Source: an uncultured Chloroflexia bacterium (lineage in GTDB: Bacteria > Chloroflexota > Limnocylindria > Limnocylindrales > CSP1-4). From it: a stretch of DNA of 64,000 bases. The DNA lies in NCBI GenBank assembly GCA_963752475.1, contig CAVVYR010000007.1:448001-512000 (forward strand). Direction: 5' to 3'. The notes under the pieces were generated by a model. That model was not told where the DNA came from. It searched no databases and saw only the letters and a program-made list of their open reading frames with translations. Of the stretch, positions 33,992-44,730 are shown in pieces (within the stretch, counting starts at the first letter, position 1; each line of letters starts with the position of its first letter). Both the position numbers and the translations under genes were made by a program.

Positions 33992-35995
33992 ATGCGTACC
34001 AGGATCGGTGGCGCCGCGACCGCGCTCGCGTTCGCCGCGACCATCCCCATGTCCGCGGCCGTGTCGGCCGACATGCTCGAAGGGGGCGTCACCCTGACGC
34101 TCCTGCACAACAACGACGGCGAGTCGTCGCTCGCCACCCTCGGTTACGGCGTGGGCGAGGAGTCCACCCTCGAGGTCGGCGGAGCACCTGCCTTCAAAGC
34201 CGTGCTCGACCGCGAGATCGCGTCAGCGCAAGAGGTCGGCAACGCCGTGCTCAACGTCTATGCCGGGGACTCCTTCCTGGCCTCGGCGCTCCTGACCTGC
34301 AGCGCTCCCGAAGACGCCATGAGTGACGCCACCGTCTACGACGCCGTCGCCCAGGCCCAGATGCCCTATGACGTGCACGTCTTCGGCAATCACGAGTTCG
34401 ACTATGGCCCCGACTTCCTCGCGCGCTACATCAGCGCCTTCGGTGGGGACATGGGCCTCGACCAGCCGTTCATCTCGGCCAACCTCGACTTCTCCGCTGA
34501 GGCCGGCTTCGTCGACTGGATCGACGAGGACGGCATCATCGAGGCGCCCGCGGCTGACGGCCGCATCATCGGCGAGGCCGCCATCATCACCGACGAGACG
34601 ACCGGCGAGCGGTTCGGCGTGGTCAGCGCCACGACCGAGCGGCTGCCCCTCATCAGCTCCCCGCGCGACGTGGTCGTCAACGAGGCCGTTCCCGCCATCC
34701 AGGCCGGCGTCGATGCGCTGACCGAGGCGGGCGTCAACAAGATCATCTTCGTCAGCCACCTGCAGGGCGTGGAGACCGACGCTGAGATCCTCGCCCAGCT
34801 CTCCGGTGTCGATATCGCCGTGGCCGGCGGCGGTGACGAGCTGCTCGTCAACGACGAATCGCAGTTGCTCCCCGGTGAGGATCCCGAGGACGTCTACGGC
34901 ACCTACCCGCTGTACGTCACCGACCTCGACGGGATGGAGGTCCCGATCGTCACGACCGCCGGCAACTACAAGTACGTGGGCCGGCTCGATGCCGTCTTCG
35001 ATGGCGATGGAGCTCTCTTCGCCATCAACAGCGAGAACAGCTATCCACGCCGCGTGATCCCTGCCGAGCAGGCCGAGGAGGGCCTCCTCGAGGAGCTCGG
35101 CGTCGAGGACGCTGTGGCCAGTGACCAGGCCATCGTCGACTCCGTGGTGGCGCCGCTCGGTGAGTGCCTCGACATCCTGGGTGAGACCCCGGTGGCCATC
35201 TCGGACGTCGTACTCAACGTCGATCGCGGTCAGTACAGCCTGGCGGACGGAGTCTTCGCTCCTGGCGTGCGCACCAGCCAGACCAACGGCGGCACGATCA
35301 TCGCCGACTCGTTCCTGGCGGCCTACGATGCCTACGCCGAGAACTCGGGCCTCGAGCCTCGCAGCGCGGACAACCTCGTCGTGACGCTGCAGAACGGTGG
35401 TGGCATCCGCCAGAACGCCGGCCCGGTCCTGCCGGTCGGTGGCATCGCCGGTGATCCCATCACCCAGCTCGACACGATGAACGTGTTGCCTTTCCTGAAC
35501 ATGGTCGTGGTCGTCCAGGACCTGACCGCCGAGGACTTCGCGGCCACGCTCCAGACCGCCTGTGAGAACCGCGGCGGCGGTGGCTTCATGCAGGCCGCCG
35601 GTGTGAGCTATACCTGCGACTACAGCGCGGCCGCGGTCGATGACGAAGGGGTCGTCTCCGGCATCGTCCTGCGCGACGCGATGATCGACACCGGCGACGG
35701 CGCGACCGTCACCGTCGTCGACGCCGAGGGCACCGTGGACACCTCGGTGGGCACGGTCGATGTCATCACCAACTCCTTCACCGCCGGTGGCGGCGACGGC
35801 TACGACGCCTTCGGGGCCGCGGAGAATGTCTCGCTGCGCGCCGACGACGACTCGCAGATCCACTACGAGCGGGCCTTCCGCGAGTACCTCGAAGCCCTGC
35901 CCGCGGGTGACGACGGCATCCCCGTCGTCAGCGCTGACGACCCGGTCTATGCCGATGAGCTGAGCGACGGCCGCATCACGCTCGTCGACGGCTGA
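33992..35995 (+). CDS. Secreted bifunctional metallophosphoesterase/5'-nucleotidase
   Basis: Signal peptide, LLHNNDGES, AGDSF, GNHEFDYG, QNGGGIR and GGGDGY. Confidence 0.9.
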   Translation: MRTRIGGAATALAFAATIPMSAAVSADMLEGGVTLTLLHNNDGESSLATLGYGVGEESTLEVGGAPAFKAVLDREIASAQEVGNAVLNVYAGDSFLASALLTCSAPEDAMSDATVYDAVAQAQMPYDVHVFGNHEFDYGPDFLARYISAFGGDMGLDQPFISANLDFSAEAGFVDWIDEDGIIEAPAADGRIIGEAAIITDETTGERFGVVSATTERLPLISSPRDVVVNEAVPAIQAGVDALTEAGVNKIIFVSHLQGVETDAEILAQLSGVDIAVAGGGDELLVNDESQLLPGEDPEDVYGTYPLYVTDLDGMEVPIVTTAGNYKYVGRLDAVFDGDGALFAINSENSYPRRVIPAEQAEEGLLEELGVEDAVASDQAIVDSVVAPLGECLDILGETPVAISDVVLNVDRGQYSLADGVFAPGVRTSQTNGGTIIADSFLAAYDAYAENSGLEPRSADNLVVTLQNGGGIRQNAGPVLPVGGIAGDPITQLDTMNVLPFLNMVVVVQDLTAEDFAATLQTACENRGGGGFMQAAGVSYTCDYSAAAVDDEGVVSGIVLRDAMIDTGDGATVTVVDAEGTVDTSVGTVDVITNSFTAGGGDGYDAFGAAENVSLRADDDSQIHYERAFREYLEALPAGDDGIPVVSADDPVYADELSDGRITLVDG

Positions 35996-36033
35996 ACGGT
36001 CGACGGCTGAACAGCCGACGCACTTCCGACACA

Positions 36034-36067
36034 CGAGGGAGGCCACCGGCGAGGATGGCCTCCCTCG
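36034..36067 (+). terminator. Hairpin downstream of the 5'-nucleotidase gene
   Basis: CGAGGGAGGCCA-N10-TGGCCTCCCTCG. Confidence 0.6.
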
Positions 36068-36165
36068 CACCCTACCCGATGGTCCTGCCACCCTGACCAT
36101 CAGACCCCCTCCCACGGTATCGGTGTGCAGTGACGTGACCGCACCACGGGCATAGGCTCGGGTGT

Positions 36166-36822
36166 ATGCGCACGAGACTTCAGACCCTGCTCCCATCCGT
36201 GCTGGCGCTGACGGTCGTCTCGCTGCTGGTCATCCCGCTCGCCGCGATGGCGCAGTCGGGCGCGCCCGCCATCTCGATGTATCCAGAGACCGCCGGTCCG
36301 GGCTCCACCGTCGAGATCACGGGCATCGACTTCCCGCCCGAACGTGTGGTCGAGGTGCAGCTGGCCACGCCGGACGGCACACAGCCGCTGACCACCGCGA
36401 CCACGGGCGCGGAAGGTGACTTCCGCCAGATCCTGACCCTGCCTCTCGCCATCACCGAAGGCGCCTGGGAGCTACGTGCGACCGCCGCTGACGGTGCGAC
36501 CTCGACGTTCGCCTTCGTGACCTCGCCCGATGCCGCGGTGGATGCGAAACCCGCCCTGAGCGCCGCCGGCTCGGCCGCGACCGCCACCCCCGAAGGCAAC
36601 AGTGGCAGCGACACCGCCCTGATGCTCATCATCGCCGTCGTGCTCGGCGGCCTCGCCTTGGGCGTGATGGTCGTCTATCGCCAGATCCGCGATCAGAGCC
36701 CGCCAGGCATGGGCAAGGGCGACGACCTCATCTGGGGTGGTGGCTCGCCCGCCACGCCGCAGCAGACTGCCACCGACGAGCCGCACTGGAAAGACTCCCA
36801 GCCCGCCCAGAGCGAGAGCTGA
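36166..36822 (+). CDS. Hypothetical exported protein with C-terminal membrane anchor
   Basis: Signal peptide, an Ig-like PGSTVEITGIDF segment and a TM helix. Confidence 0.7.
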   Translation: MRTRLQTLLPSVLALTVVSLLVIPLAAMAQSGAPAISMYPETAGPGSTVEITGIDFPPERVVEVQLATPDGTQPLTTATTGAEGDFRQILTLPLAITEGAWELRATAADGATSTFAFVTSPDAAVDAKPALSAAGSAATATPEGNSGSDTALMLIIAVVLGGLALGVMVVYRQIRDQSPPGMGKGDDLIWGGGSPATPQQTATDEPHWKDSQPAQSES

Positions 36823-36851
36823 GCCGCGCGTCCTCGCGCTAGCATCGTGGG

Positions 36852-38705
36852 GTGATCCCCGACCCTCGCATCAAGGCGACCCTGGCACGACTGCCCGATT
36901 CGCCCGGCGTCTACCTCATGAAGGACAACGCCGGGCGCGTCCTGTACGTGGGCAAGGCCCAGAGTCTGCGCAACCGCGTACGCCAGTACTGGCAGGCTTC
37001 GCGCTCCGCAGCCCCGCTGCGCATCGAATCGGCCATCGACCAGGTGGCCGACCTCGAATACACCATGACCGACACGGTCAGCGAGGCGCTGCTCCTCGAA
37101 GCCAACCTCATCAAGCGCTACCAGCCCCGCTTCAACGTGCGCCTCAAGGACGACAAGTCGTACCCCTTCATCAAGGTCACGCTGGCGGACGACTTCCCCC
37201 GCATCGAGCGCACGCGCAAGCTGCCCAACGACGGCTCGCGCTACTTCGGCCCCTACGCCTCGGCCAGCTCGGTCGACGAGTCGATGAACCTGATCCGGCG
37301 CATCTTCCCTTTCCGCACCTGCACCATCGAGATCCGCGAAGGGAAGCGAGCCCTCGACCGTCCATGCCTGCTCTATCACATCAAGCGCTGTCAGGGTCCC
37401 TGCATCGATGTCATCAGCAAGGAGGACTACGCCGCCGACATCGAGCAGGTGATGCTCTTCCTCGAGGGGCACCAGGAGCAGGTGAGCCGGGCCCTGCGCG
37501 AGGACATGGAGGCGGCCGCCGAGAACCTCGAGTTCGAGCGAGCGGCAGCGCTGCGCGACAAGGTCCGCGCCATCGAGCGCACGACCGAAAGCCAGAAGAT
37601 GGCCGGCTTCGCCAAGCGAGTGCTCGATGTGCTCGGCTACGCGCGGTCGGGCAAGGAGGCGGCGGTCCAGCTCTTCGCCATCCGTCAGGGCAAGACGCTC
37701 TCCCGAGACATCTTCGTACTCGAGAACGTCGCCGGCGGTACCGACGAGGAAGCATTGACCTCGTTCGTCAAGCAGTACTACGCCCGAGCGGGCTCGATCC
37801 CGCCACAGGTGCTGCTGCCCTTCGCCCTGCCCGAGGTCGATGAGCTGGAGGCCTTCCTCGTGGCCCGAGCCGGGCGGCAGGTCGAGATCCGTGTGCCCCA
37901 GCGCGGCGAGGGCCGGAAGCTGATGGCCCTGGCCGGACGCAACGCGGCCGAGACGCTCGAACGCGAGCAGGCGCGCTGGCTGGCCGACCAGGGCAAGACC
38001 GAGCGGGCGCTGCGTGAGCTGGCCGAGGCCCTCGCCTTGCCGACGCCCCCGGAGCGGATCGAGTGCTACGACATCAGCACCATCGGGGGATCCAACTCCG
38101 TCGGCAGCATGGTCGTCTTCGAGGACGGACAGCCGCGGACCGGCGAGTACCGTCGCTTCCGTATCAAGGACGTGAAGGGTCAGGACGACTTCGCCAGCCA
38201 CCAGGAGGTCTTGCGACGCCGCTTCCGACGAGCCCTCGATGCCGAGGAGGGTGGCGCCGAGCAGCTGCGCTGGCGCATGCCCGATCTCGTGATCATCGAT
38301 GGCGGCAAGGGCCAGGTCAGCGCCGCTCGCGAGGTCCTCGACGAGCTGGGGCTTCACGACCTGCCCATGGCCGGCCTGGCCAAGGAGCGTGAGGAGCTGT
38401 TCACACCCGGCCGGTCCGATCCGGTCGTGTTGCCGGCGACCTCGCAGGCGCTGTACCTGCTGCAGCGGCTCCGCGACGAGGCCCACCGCTTCGCCATCAC
38501 CTATCACCGGCAGCTTCGCGGGAAGGCTGCCACCAAGTCGGTGCTGGACGACCTTCGCGGCGTCGGCCCCGCACGCAAACGGGCCCTGCTGCGAGTCTTC
38601 GGGAGCGGGCGTGCCCTCCAGCGCGCGAGTACCGAGGAGATCGCTGCCGTGCCCGGCATCGGACGCGGCATGGCCGAGCGGATCCGAGAGCACCTTGACA
38701 GCTGA
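36852..38705 (+). CDS. uvrC: Excinuclease ABC subunit C
   Basis: GIY-YIG motif PGVYLM...YVGKA, IECYDIS, IDGGKGQ, RDEAHRFA and an HhH domain. Confidence 0.98.
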   Translation: MIPDPRIKATLARLPDSPGVYLMKDNAGRVLYVGKAQSLRNRVRQYWQASRSAAPLRIESAIDQVADLEYTMTDTVSEALLLEANLIKRYQPRFNVRLKDDKSYPFIKVTLADDFPRIERTRKLPNDGSRYFGPYASASSVDESMNLIRRIFPFRTCTIEIREGKRALDRPCLLYHIKRCQGPCIDVISKEDYAADIEQVMLFLEGHQEQVSRALREDMEAAAENLEFERAAALRDKVRAIERTTESQKMAGFAKRVLDVLGYARSGKEAAVQLFAIRQGKTLSRDIFVLENVAGGTDEEALTSFVKQYYARAGSIPPQVLLPFALPEVDELEAFLVARAGRQVEIRVPQRGEGRKLMALAGRNAAETLEREQARWLADQGKTERALRELAEALALPTPPERIECYDISTIGGSNSVGSMVVFEDGQPRTGEYRRFRIKDVKGQDDFASHQEVLRRRFRRALDAEEGGAEQLRWRMPDLVIIDGGKGQVSAAREVLDELGLHDLPMAGLAKEREELFTPGRSDPVVLPATSQALYLLQRLRDEAHRFAITYHRQLRGKAATKSVLDDLRGVGPARKRALLRVFGSGRALQRASTEEIAAVPGIGRGMAERIREHLDS

Positions 38706-38825
38706 GCTACACGGGCACCCACGGGAGGTCGAGTCGCCTGCCGGCCAGCCGCCCGTGCCGGCACCCGGTGACCGTCGTCGTGGTCCATCGGCAGAGTGCA
38801 CGTGCCTCTGCTAACGTCACGAGCG

Positions 38826-40160
38826 ATGCAACGCGTCGCCCCGATCCTTGTCCTGATCTTGTTCGTCGTCGCCTTCGTGGTGGCGGTTGCGCCCGTGCCT
38901 CGCTTCTGGCAGGACGATGGCGGGAGTATCGAAGTCAAGCTGGGACTCGACCTCGTCGGCGGCCTACGCGGTGAGTATCAGGTGGTGGCCACCGATGAGC
39001 AGGAGGTCACCCCGGAGATCCTGGAGCAGACGCGCACGATCATCGAGCAGCGCGTCAACTTCACTGGCGTGGCCGAGCCCATCGTCGTCACCCAGGGTGA
39101 GGACCGCATCTCGGTCGAGCTTCCCGGTGTCGACGACGAGGCCGACATCCGCAACCTCATCGGCACCACCGGCGTGCTCGAGTTCACGCCCGTGCCCACG
39201 TCTTGCGCGCCGGAGGTCATCCAGGACGCGCAGATGCCCGAGTGCCTCGCCGAGGTCGAGCCGCTCTTCAACGGCACCGAGATCGCCGCGGCTCGCATCG
39301 GCCAGGATCAGCAGACCGGTGAGATCGTGGTCAACCTCGAGCTCAAGGACACCGGCGCCCGGCTCTTCGACGAGCACGCCGAAGAGCACTACCTCGAGCA
39401 GTTCGCCATCGTCCTCGACGGCATCGTCGAGTCGGCCCCTTCGATCAACGCCACTCGCTTCGGCGGCCAGGCCACCATCAGCGGCAACTTCACCGTGGAC
39501 GAGGCCACCAACCTCGTGACCGTGCTGCGCTTCGGCTCGCTGCCCCTCGAGATCCGCGAGGTCGGCTTCAGCAGCATCAGCGCCACGCTCGGCCTCGACT
39601 TCCTGAACCAGACGATCCTCGCGGGCATCATCGGCATCGCCCTGGTGTTCGCCTTCATGTTGCTGTACTACCGCGTGCCGGGCATCGTGGCCTGCCTCGC
39701 GCTCATCGCCTACGGCGTGTTCGCGTTGGCCATCTTCGAGATCGTGCCCATCACCCTGACGCTGGCTGGTATCGCCGCCTTCATCCTGTCCGTGGGCATG
39801 GCCGTAGACGCCAACATCCTCATCTTCGAGCGCACCAAGGAAGAGCTGCGCAGCGGCAAGAACCTCTCGGGCGCGGTCGAGTCCGGCTTCAACCGTGCCT
39901 GGACCTCGATCTTCGACGCCAACATCTCCACGCTCATCACCGCCCTGATCCTGTACTACTTCGGGACCTCGGTGGTGAAGGGCTTCGCGCTGGTGCTCGG
40001 TATCGGCGTGCTGCTCTCGATGTTCACCGCCATCGTGCTCAGCCGCATGATGCTGCGCTGGATCGTGCAGCGGAGCTGGGCCCGGCAGGCGCACCTCTTC
40101 GGCATCAAGGACTCCGAACTCTCGGTCGATGCCCGCGGCCATCGTGAGGTGAAGGCCTGA
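38826..40160 (+). CDS. secD: Protein translocase subunit SecD
   Basis: LGLDLVGG, ISVELPG and GMAVDANILIFER. Confidence 0.96.
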   Translation: MQRVAPILVLILFVVAFVVAVAPVPRFWQDDGGSIEVKLGLDLVGGLRGEYQVVATDEQEVTPEILEQTRTIIEQRVNFTGVAEPIVVTQGEDRISVELPGVDDEADIRNLIGTTGVLEFTPVPTSCAPEVIQDAQMPECLAEVEPLFNGTEIAAARIGQDQQTGEIVVNLELKDTGARLFDEHAEEHYLEQFAIVLDGIVESAPSINATRFGGQATISGNFTVDEATNLVTVLRFGSLPLEIREVGFSSISATLGLDFLNQTILAGIIGIALVFAFMLLYYRVPGIVACLALIAYGVFALAIFEIVPITLTLAGIAAFILSVGMAVDANILIFERTKEELRSGKNLSGAVESGFNRAWTSIFDANISTLITALILYYFGTSVVKGFALVLGIGVLLSMFTAIVLSRMMLRWIVQRSWARQAHLFGIKDSELSVDARGHREVKA

Positions 40161-41389
40161 TGATCGACATCATCGGCAAGCGCCGCTACGGCTACATCCT
40201 CAGTGGCGTCGCCATGATCGTCGGCGCCATCTTCATCCTGGCCACGCTCATCCCCAACGGGAACGTGGGCCTGCAGTTCTCCATCGCCTACACCGGCGGT
40301 ACCGTCTGGGAGATCCACTTCGAGGACGGCACGCCCGACCCCAACGACGTGCGCGCCGTGCTCGACGATGTCGGCCTCAGCGGCGAGGTCGCCATCACCG
40401 AAGCCAACGACCGCGAGTTCGTGCTCATCCGCACCGAGGCGCTGTCGCTGCAGGCGCCCGAGCTGGCCGAGGGATCAGCCGCTGCCGCCGTCGCTGCCGA
40501 CGAGGGCGAGGCATCCGCTGAGGCCTCCGCAGTGCCGGCCCAGAGCGAGGCGCCCGAAACCACTGACGAACCGGCAGAGACTCCTGCCGCCACCGACGAA
40601 CCTGCCGAGTCCGCGGAGCCGGCCGAGGCCGCCGAACCGGAGGCATCCGCCGACCCCGAGGCGTCGCCCGCAGCCGACGAGGCGGTCGTGGCCGCCGAGG
40701 ACACCGGTTCCGGCCCGATCCTGCCCACCGAGGGCACGTTCGGCGAGCTGGCCACCGCGCTGCAGGACGAGTTCGGCCCCATCGACGAGGTCCGCCAGGA
40801 GAACTCCGTCGGTCCCGTCGTGAGCCAGGAGCTCATCTACCAGACCTTCCTGCTCGTGCTCATCGCGGCTGCTGCCATCATGGTCTGGGTGGCCTACCGC
40901 TTCCGCGACTTCCGCATGGGCGTGACCGCGCTCGCGGCCCTGCTCCATGACGTCGTCATCGTGGTCGGCATCTTCGCCGTCCTGGGCACGGTCATCGGAC
41001 TCCAGGTCGACAGCCTCTTCGTGACCGCCATGCTCACGGTCATCGGCTACTCCGTCCACGACACCATCGTCGTCTTCGACCGCATCCGTGAGAACCGCCA
41101 ACGCTACCTGGGCGAGCCGCTGAAGCAGATCGTCAACCACAGCCTGGTGCAGACCGTCGGCCGCTCGTTCACGACCTCGTTGACGCTGGTGTTCACGCTG
41201 CTGACGCTGCTGCTGTTCGGCGGTGAGGCCATCCGCCCATTCACCCTGGCGCTGCTCATCGGCGTCATCGCCGGAACGTACTCGTCGATCTTCGTGGCTA
41301 CGCCGCTGTTCCTCGACTGGCACCTCTGGGCCGACAAGCGCAAGGCGGACCAGCCGGCCGAGGCCAAGACCGAGACGATCGGCGCATAA
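40160..41389 (+). CDS. secF: Protein translocase subunit SecF
   Basis: YTGGT, VGPVVSQEL, ALLHD, GYSVHDTIVVFDRIRE and GTYSSIF. Confidence 0.96.
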   Translation: MIDIIGKRRYGYILSGVAMIVGAIFILATLIPNGNVGLQFSIAYTGGTVWEIHFEDGTPDPNDVRAVLDDVGLSGEVAITEANDREFVLIRTEALSLQAPELAEGSAAAAVAADEGEASAEASAVPAQSEAPETTDEPAETPAATDEPAESAEPAEAAEPEASADPEASPAADEAVVAAEDTGSGPILPTEGTFGELATALQDEFGPIDEVRQENSVGPVVSQELIYQTFLLVLIAAAAIMVWVAYRFRDFRMGVTALAALLHDVVIVVGIFAVLGTVIGLQVDSLFVTAMLTVIGYSVHDTIVVFDRIRENRQRYLGEPLKQIVNHSLVQTVGRSFTTSLTLVFTLLTLLLFGGEAIRPFTLALLIGVIAGTYSSIFVATPLFLDWHLWADKRKADQPAEAKTETIGA

Positions 41390-41425
41390 GCCGGGAGTGA
41401 GTCCGGCCCGTCAGACTGGGGCTCG

Positions 41426-43162
41426 ATGCCGGAGCTGACACCCCACTACCACTGGATCATCCCCGAGGCGAACCCCGTCTCGGCGGCCACCATCGAAGAC
41501 GCCAAGCGGCGTGGTCTGTCAGCCCGAGCCCTACGCGTCCTGACGCGTCGCGGACCGGTCGACCCGGCCGAGCTGGCCTCGCGCTTCGACGATCCCCAGG
41601 CCGGCCTCCATGATCCTGCGCGGTTGCCGGACGCGGACGTCGTGCGCGAGCGCGTCGCGGCCGCTCGGCGGGCAGGGGAGTCGGTCATGGTGCTGGGCGA
41701 CTTCGACGCCGACGGGCTCACCGGCCTGGCCATCCTCACGCTGGCGCTGCGCCGACTGGGGTTGAACGTGGAGCCGTACGTGCCTGACCGCACGGGCGAG
41801 GGCCACGGGCTCTCCGCAGACGCCGTGGAACAAGCGGTCACGGCCGGTCACGGCCTCATCGTCACGGCCGACACCGGATCGACCAGCATCGAGGAGATCG
41901 CCGGCGCCAAGGCGGCCGGCATCGACGTCATCGTGACCGATCACCACGTCCTGGGCCCGGAGCGCCCTGCCGCGGTCGCGCTCGTCAACGCCCAGCGGCC
42001 GGACAGCGGCTATCCGGACGCGCGGCTGTCGGGTGCCGGCGTGGCCTTCAAGGTGGCTCAGCTACTCCTGGCGGATGAGCCGGGTGGGCCGGAGGAGGCG
42101 CTGGGGCTGGCCGACCTCGCCGCGGTGGGCTCCGTCGCGGATGTCGTGCCCATCCTCGGCGAGAACCGTTCCATCGTGCGACTGGGCCTGGCACGGCTGG
42201 AACGGTCCCCGCGACCGGGCTTCGCTGCGCTCATGACCAACGCCCGCATCGACCGCGACGGCGTCTCCGTCGATGACATCGCCTTCGGCCTGGCGCCACG
42301 CATCAACGCCATGGGCCGGATCGGTGACCCCAGCGTGGCGGCGTCGCTGCTGCTTGCTCCGGACGAGACCACCGCCTTCGGTCTGGCGGCGGAGCTGGAA
42401 GCGGCCAACAAGCGTCGTCGCGAGCTGACGGCTGAGGCCATGTCGGAGGCCCGTGAGCGGCTGACGACCCTGCCTGATACGCCGTTCCTCGTGCTCGAGG
42501 GCGATTGGCCGGTGGGCATCATCGGCCTCGTGGCCGGGCGACTGGCGGAGGACCAGGGTCGACCCACGCTCGTTCTCTCCACGGGCGTCGAGCCCTGGCG
42601 TGGCTCGGCTCGTAGCGCCGGAGGTGTGGACCTGGCAGCCGCGTTCGCCTCCGTCAGCGACCTCTTCGAGCGTTTCGGAGGCCATCCTGCGGCGGCCGGT
42701 TGCCACATCGAGGCCCGTCACCTCGACGAGCTGCGGTCCCGTCTCGTGGCCTTCGTGGAAGGCCATCCAGCGGCTGACGCGCGGCCCACCCTCTCGCTGG
42801 ATCTCGTCCAGAGCGCAGATGCCGCGGATTACGTACTCTTGCGCGAGTTGGCGCCGCTCGACGGCGCCGGAGACGCACCGCCGCTCGTCGGCATCGCGGG
42901 CCTTGCCGTGAACCGGGTCCGTGCCGCGAACGGTGGGCATACACAGCTCACGTTGCGTCGCGGGCGTGAGGTGGTCGATGGCATCGCCTTCGGCCGTGCC
43001 GATCTCGCGGAGCAACTGACGGAGGGTTCCGAGATCGACGTCGTGGCACGACTCGCCAGCCGCACCTTCGCCGGAATGGAGACGCTCCAGTTGGAGGTCC
43101 GCGACGTCGCCCCGGCCGGCTGGCTCCGAGCGATGACCTCGACGGAGGCGAATACTCGATGA
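41426..43162 (+). CDS. recJ: Single-stranded DNA exonuclease RecJ
   Basis: GDFDADG, VTADTG, TDHH, PRINAMGR, GSARS and FGGH. Confidence 0.93.
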   Translation: MPELTPHYHWIIPEANPVSAATIEDAKRRGLSARALRVLTRRGPVDPAELASRFDDPQAGLHDPARLPDADVVRERVAAARRAGESVMVLGDFDADGLTGLAILTLALRRLGLNVEPYVPDRTGEGHGLSADAVEQAVTAGHGLIVTADTGSTSIEEIAGAKAAGIDVIVTDHHVLGPERPAAVALVNAQRPDSGYPDARLSGAGVAFKVAQLLLADEPGGPEEALGLADLAAVGSVADVVPILGENRSIVRLGLARLERSPRPGFAALMTNARIDRDGVSVDDIAFGLAPRINAMGRIGDPSVAASLLLAPDETTAFGLAAELEAANKRRRELTAEAMSEARERLTTLPDTPFLVLEGDWPVGIIGLVAGRLAEDQGRPTLVLSTGVEPWRGSARSAGGVDLAAAFASVSDLFERFGGHPAAAGCHIEARHLDELRSRLVAFVEGHPAADARPTLSLDLVQSADAADYVLLRELAPLDGAGDAPPLVGIAGLAVNRVRAANGGHTQLTLRRGREVVDGIAFGRADLAEQLTEGSEIDVVARLASRTFAGMETLQLEVRDVAPAGWLRAMTSTEANTR

Positions 43163-44658
43163 CGCAGCCACCCCAGGGGCCACCTCGCGGCTATCCGCCC
43201 GGTTACCCGCAGGATCCGGGCTATCTGCCGCCGCCGTATCCGCCCGGCCAGGAGCCCATCCAGCCGCGGGAGCCGCGTCGCTCGTCGCCCATGATCGCCC
43301 CGGTGCTGGCTTTCATCGCCCTCATCATCGTGGGTGCTGCCAGCTACTTCCTCGTCAACTACATCGACACCAACCTCGACAGCGCCGCCGCGGATGCCAC
43401 CGAGGAGCCGGCCGTGGTCGCCGCCGTCGAGGAGACGCCCCCGGTCGAGGTCACCGAGGCGCCTGCCGCCGGGGAGCCAGTGGCGACCGACGACGGCTCG
43501 GAGCCGGAGGCGACCGACGATGCCTTCGAGGAGACCCCGGAGCCCGAGCCGGAGACCACGGCGGAGCCGATCCTCGTGGTTCCGCCGTCGGACGAGCGTG
43601 CGGACATCACCGGCTCGCTCGTCTTCACCCGCCTCGGTGGCGACGTCTGGTCCGCTTCGGGCACCACGCTCGACTCGCTCACCGACAGCAACTCGACCAA
43701 GTCCGACTCGACGCCGGTGTGGTCACCGGATAGCAAGCACATCTACTTCATCCGCAGCGCCAAGAAGACGGTCAAGGACGGCAAGGCCCGCTACGACGGC
43801 AAGTACACGCTCTACCCCACCGACGTCATGCGCATGAATACGAACGGCGCCAACAAGAAGAAGGTCTACAACTCGCTCGTCAACGACGGCCGGGGCGCCT
43901 GGTTCTCGACCGTGCTGCAGCCGTCGGTGAGCCCTGCGGGCAACAACATCGCCGTCGTCAGCGACGGTCCAGACGGCTCCAACGACGTGGTCGCGTTGTA
44001 CATCCTCAACTCCAAGTCAGGGCGGCTGAACCGTGTGAACACGCCCTACGAGGTCTACAACAACGCCGCGCTCGGGCACAACGACCCCGATTTCAACCGT
44101 GACGGCACCAGGATCGCCTTCACCTACAACGAGAACGCGGGCACGGAGGCCGATCCCAAGATCGCCATCTTCACCTGCCAGACGAAGAGCAAGTGCACCA
44201 GGGGCAAGACCAAGTACCTCAAGAACGGCTATGCGAACCCCTCGTGGTCACCGGACGGCAAGCTGCTGGCGGTCGAGACCACTGACGGCGCCGGCCGAGA
44301 CATCGCGCTCATCACCTCGGCCAAGGGCCTCGAGCGGGTCCAGCTGACCAACGACGGTGACAGCTTCGCGCCGGAGTTCTCGCCCAACGGCGACCAGATC
44401 GCCTACCTCAAGCGCGACGGCCAGGACATCGACGTGCGGGTCATGACGCTGGAGATCGATGACAAGGGCACGATCACGCTCGTTTCGGACAAGGCCGTCA
44501 CGAGCGATGGCACCGTCGACGGTGAATCCGGTGTCTCCTGGGCCATCCCGGCGAACCAGCTGGACAGCGCCGGCTCGGTCGACGCTGCCGAACCCGATGC
44601 CAGCGAGGAGTCCGACGCGGCCCTCGAAGAAGCCCCACCCCCGCCGCCTGGGTCATAG
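43159..44658 (+). CDS. Membrane-anchored TolB-like (PD40 beta-propeller) protein
   Basis: Pro-rich N-terminus, TM helix, and repeats PVWSPDSK, PSWSPDGK and PEFSPNGD. Confidence 0.8.
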   Translation: MTQPPQGPPRGYPPGYPQDPGYLPPPYPPGQEPIQPREPRRSSPMIAPVLAFIALIIVGAASYFLVNYIDTNLDSAAADATEEPAVVAAVEETPPVEVTEAPAAGEPVATDDGSEPEATDDAFEETPEPEPETTAEPILVVPPSDERADITGSLVFTRLGGDVWSASGTTLDSLTDSNSTKSDSTPVWSPDSKHIYFIRSAKKTVKDGKARYDGKYTLYPTDVMRMNTNGANKKKVYNSLVNDGRGAWFSTVLQPSVSPAGNNIAVVSDGPDGSNDVVALYILNSKSGRLNRVNTPYEVYNNAALGHNDPDFNRDGTRIAFTYNENAGTEADPKIAIFTCQTKSKCTRGKTKYLKNGYANPSWSPDGKLLAVETTDGAGRDIALITSAKGLERVQLTNDGDSFAPEFSPNGDQIAYLKRDGQDIDVRVMTLEIDDKGTITLVSDKAVTSDGTVDGESGVSWAIPANQLDSAGSVDAAEPDASEESDAALEEAPPPPPGS

Positions 44659-44730
44659 GACCGTCATCCGATCCGCCCCGGTCGGGGTGCTAGGATGCTC
44701 GGGTCTGATCCACACTCCTCGGAGGATCAC

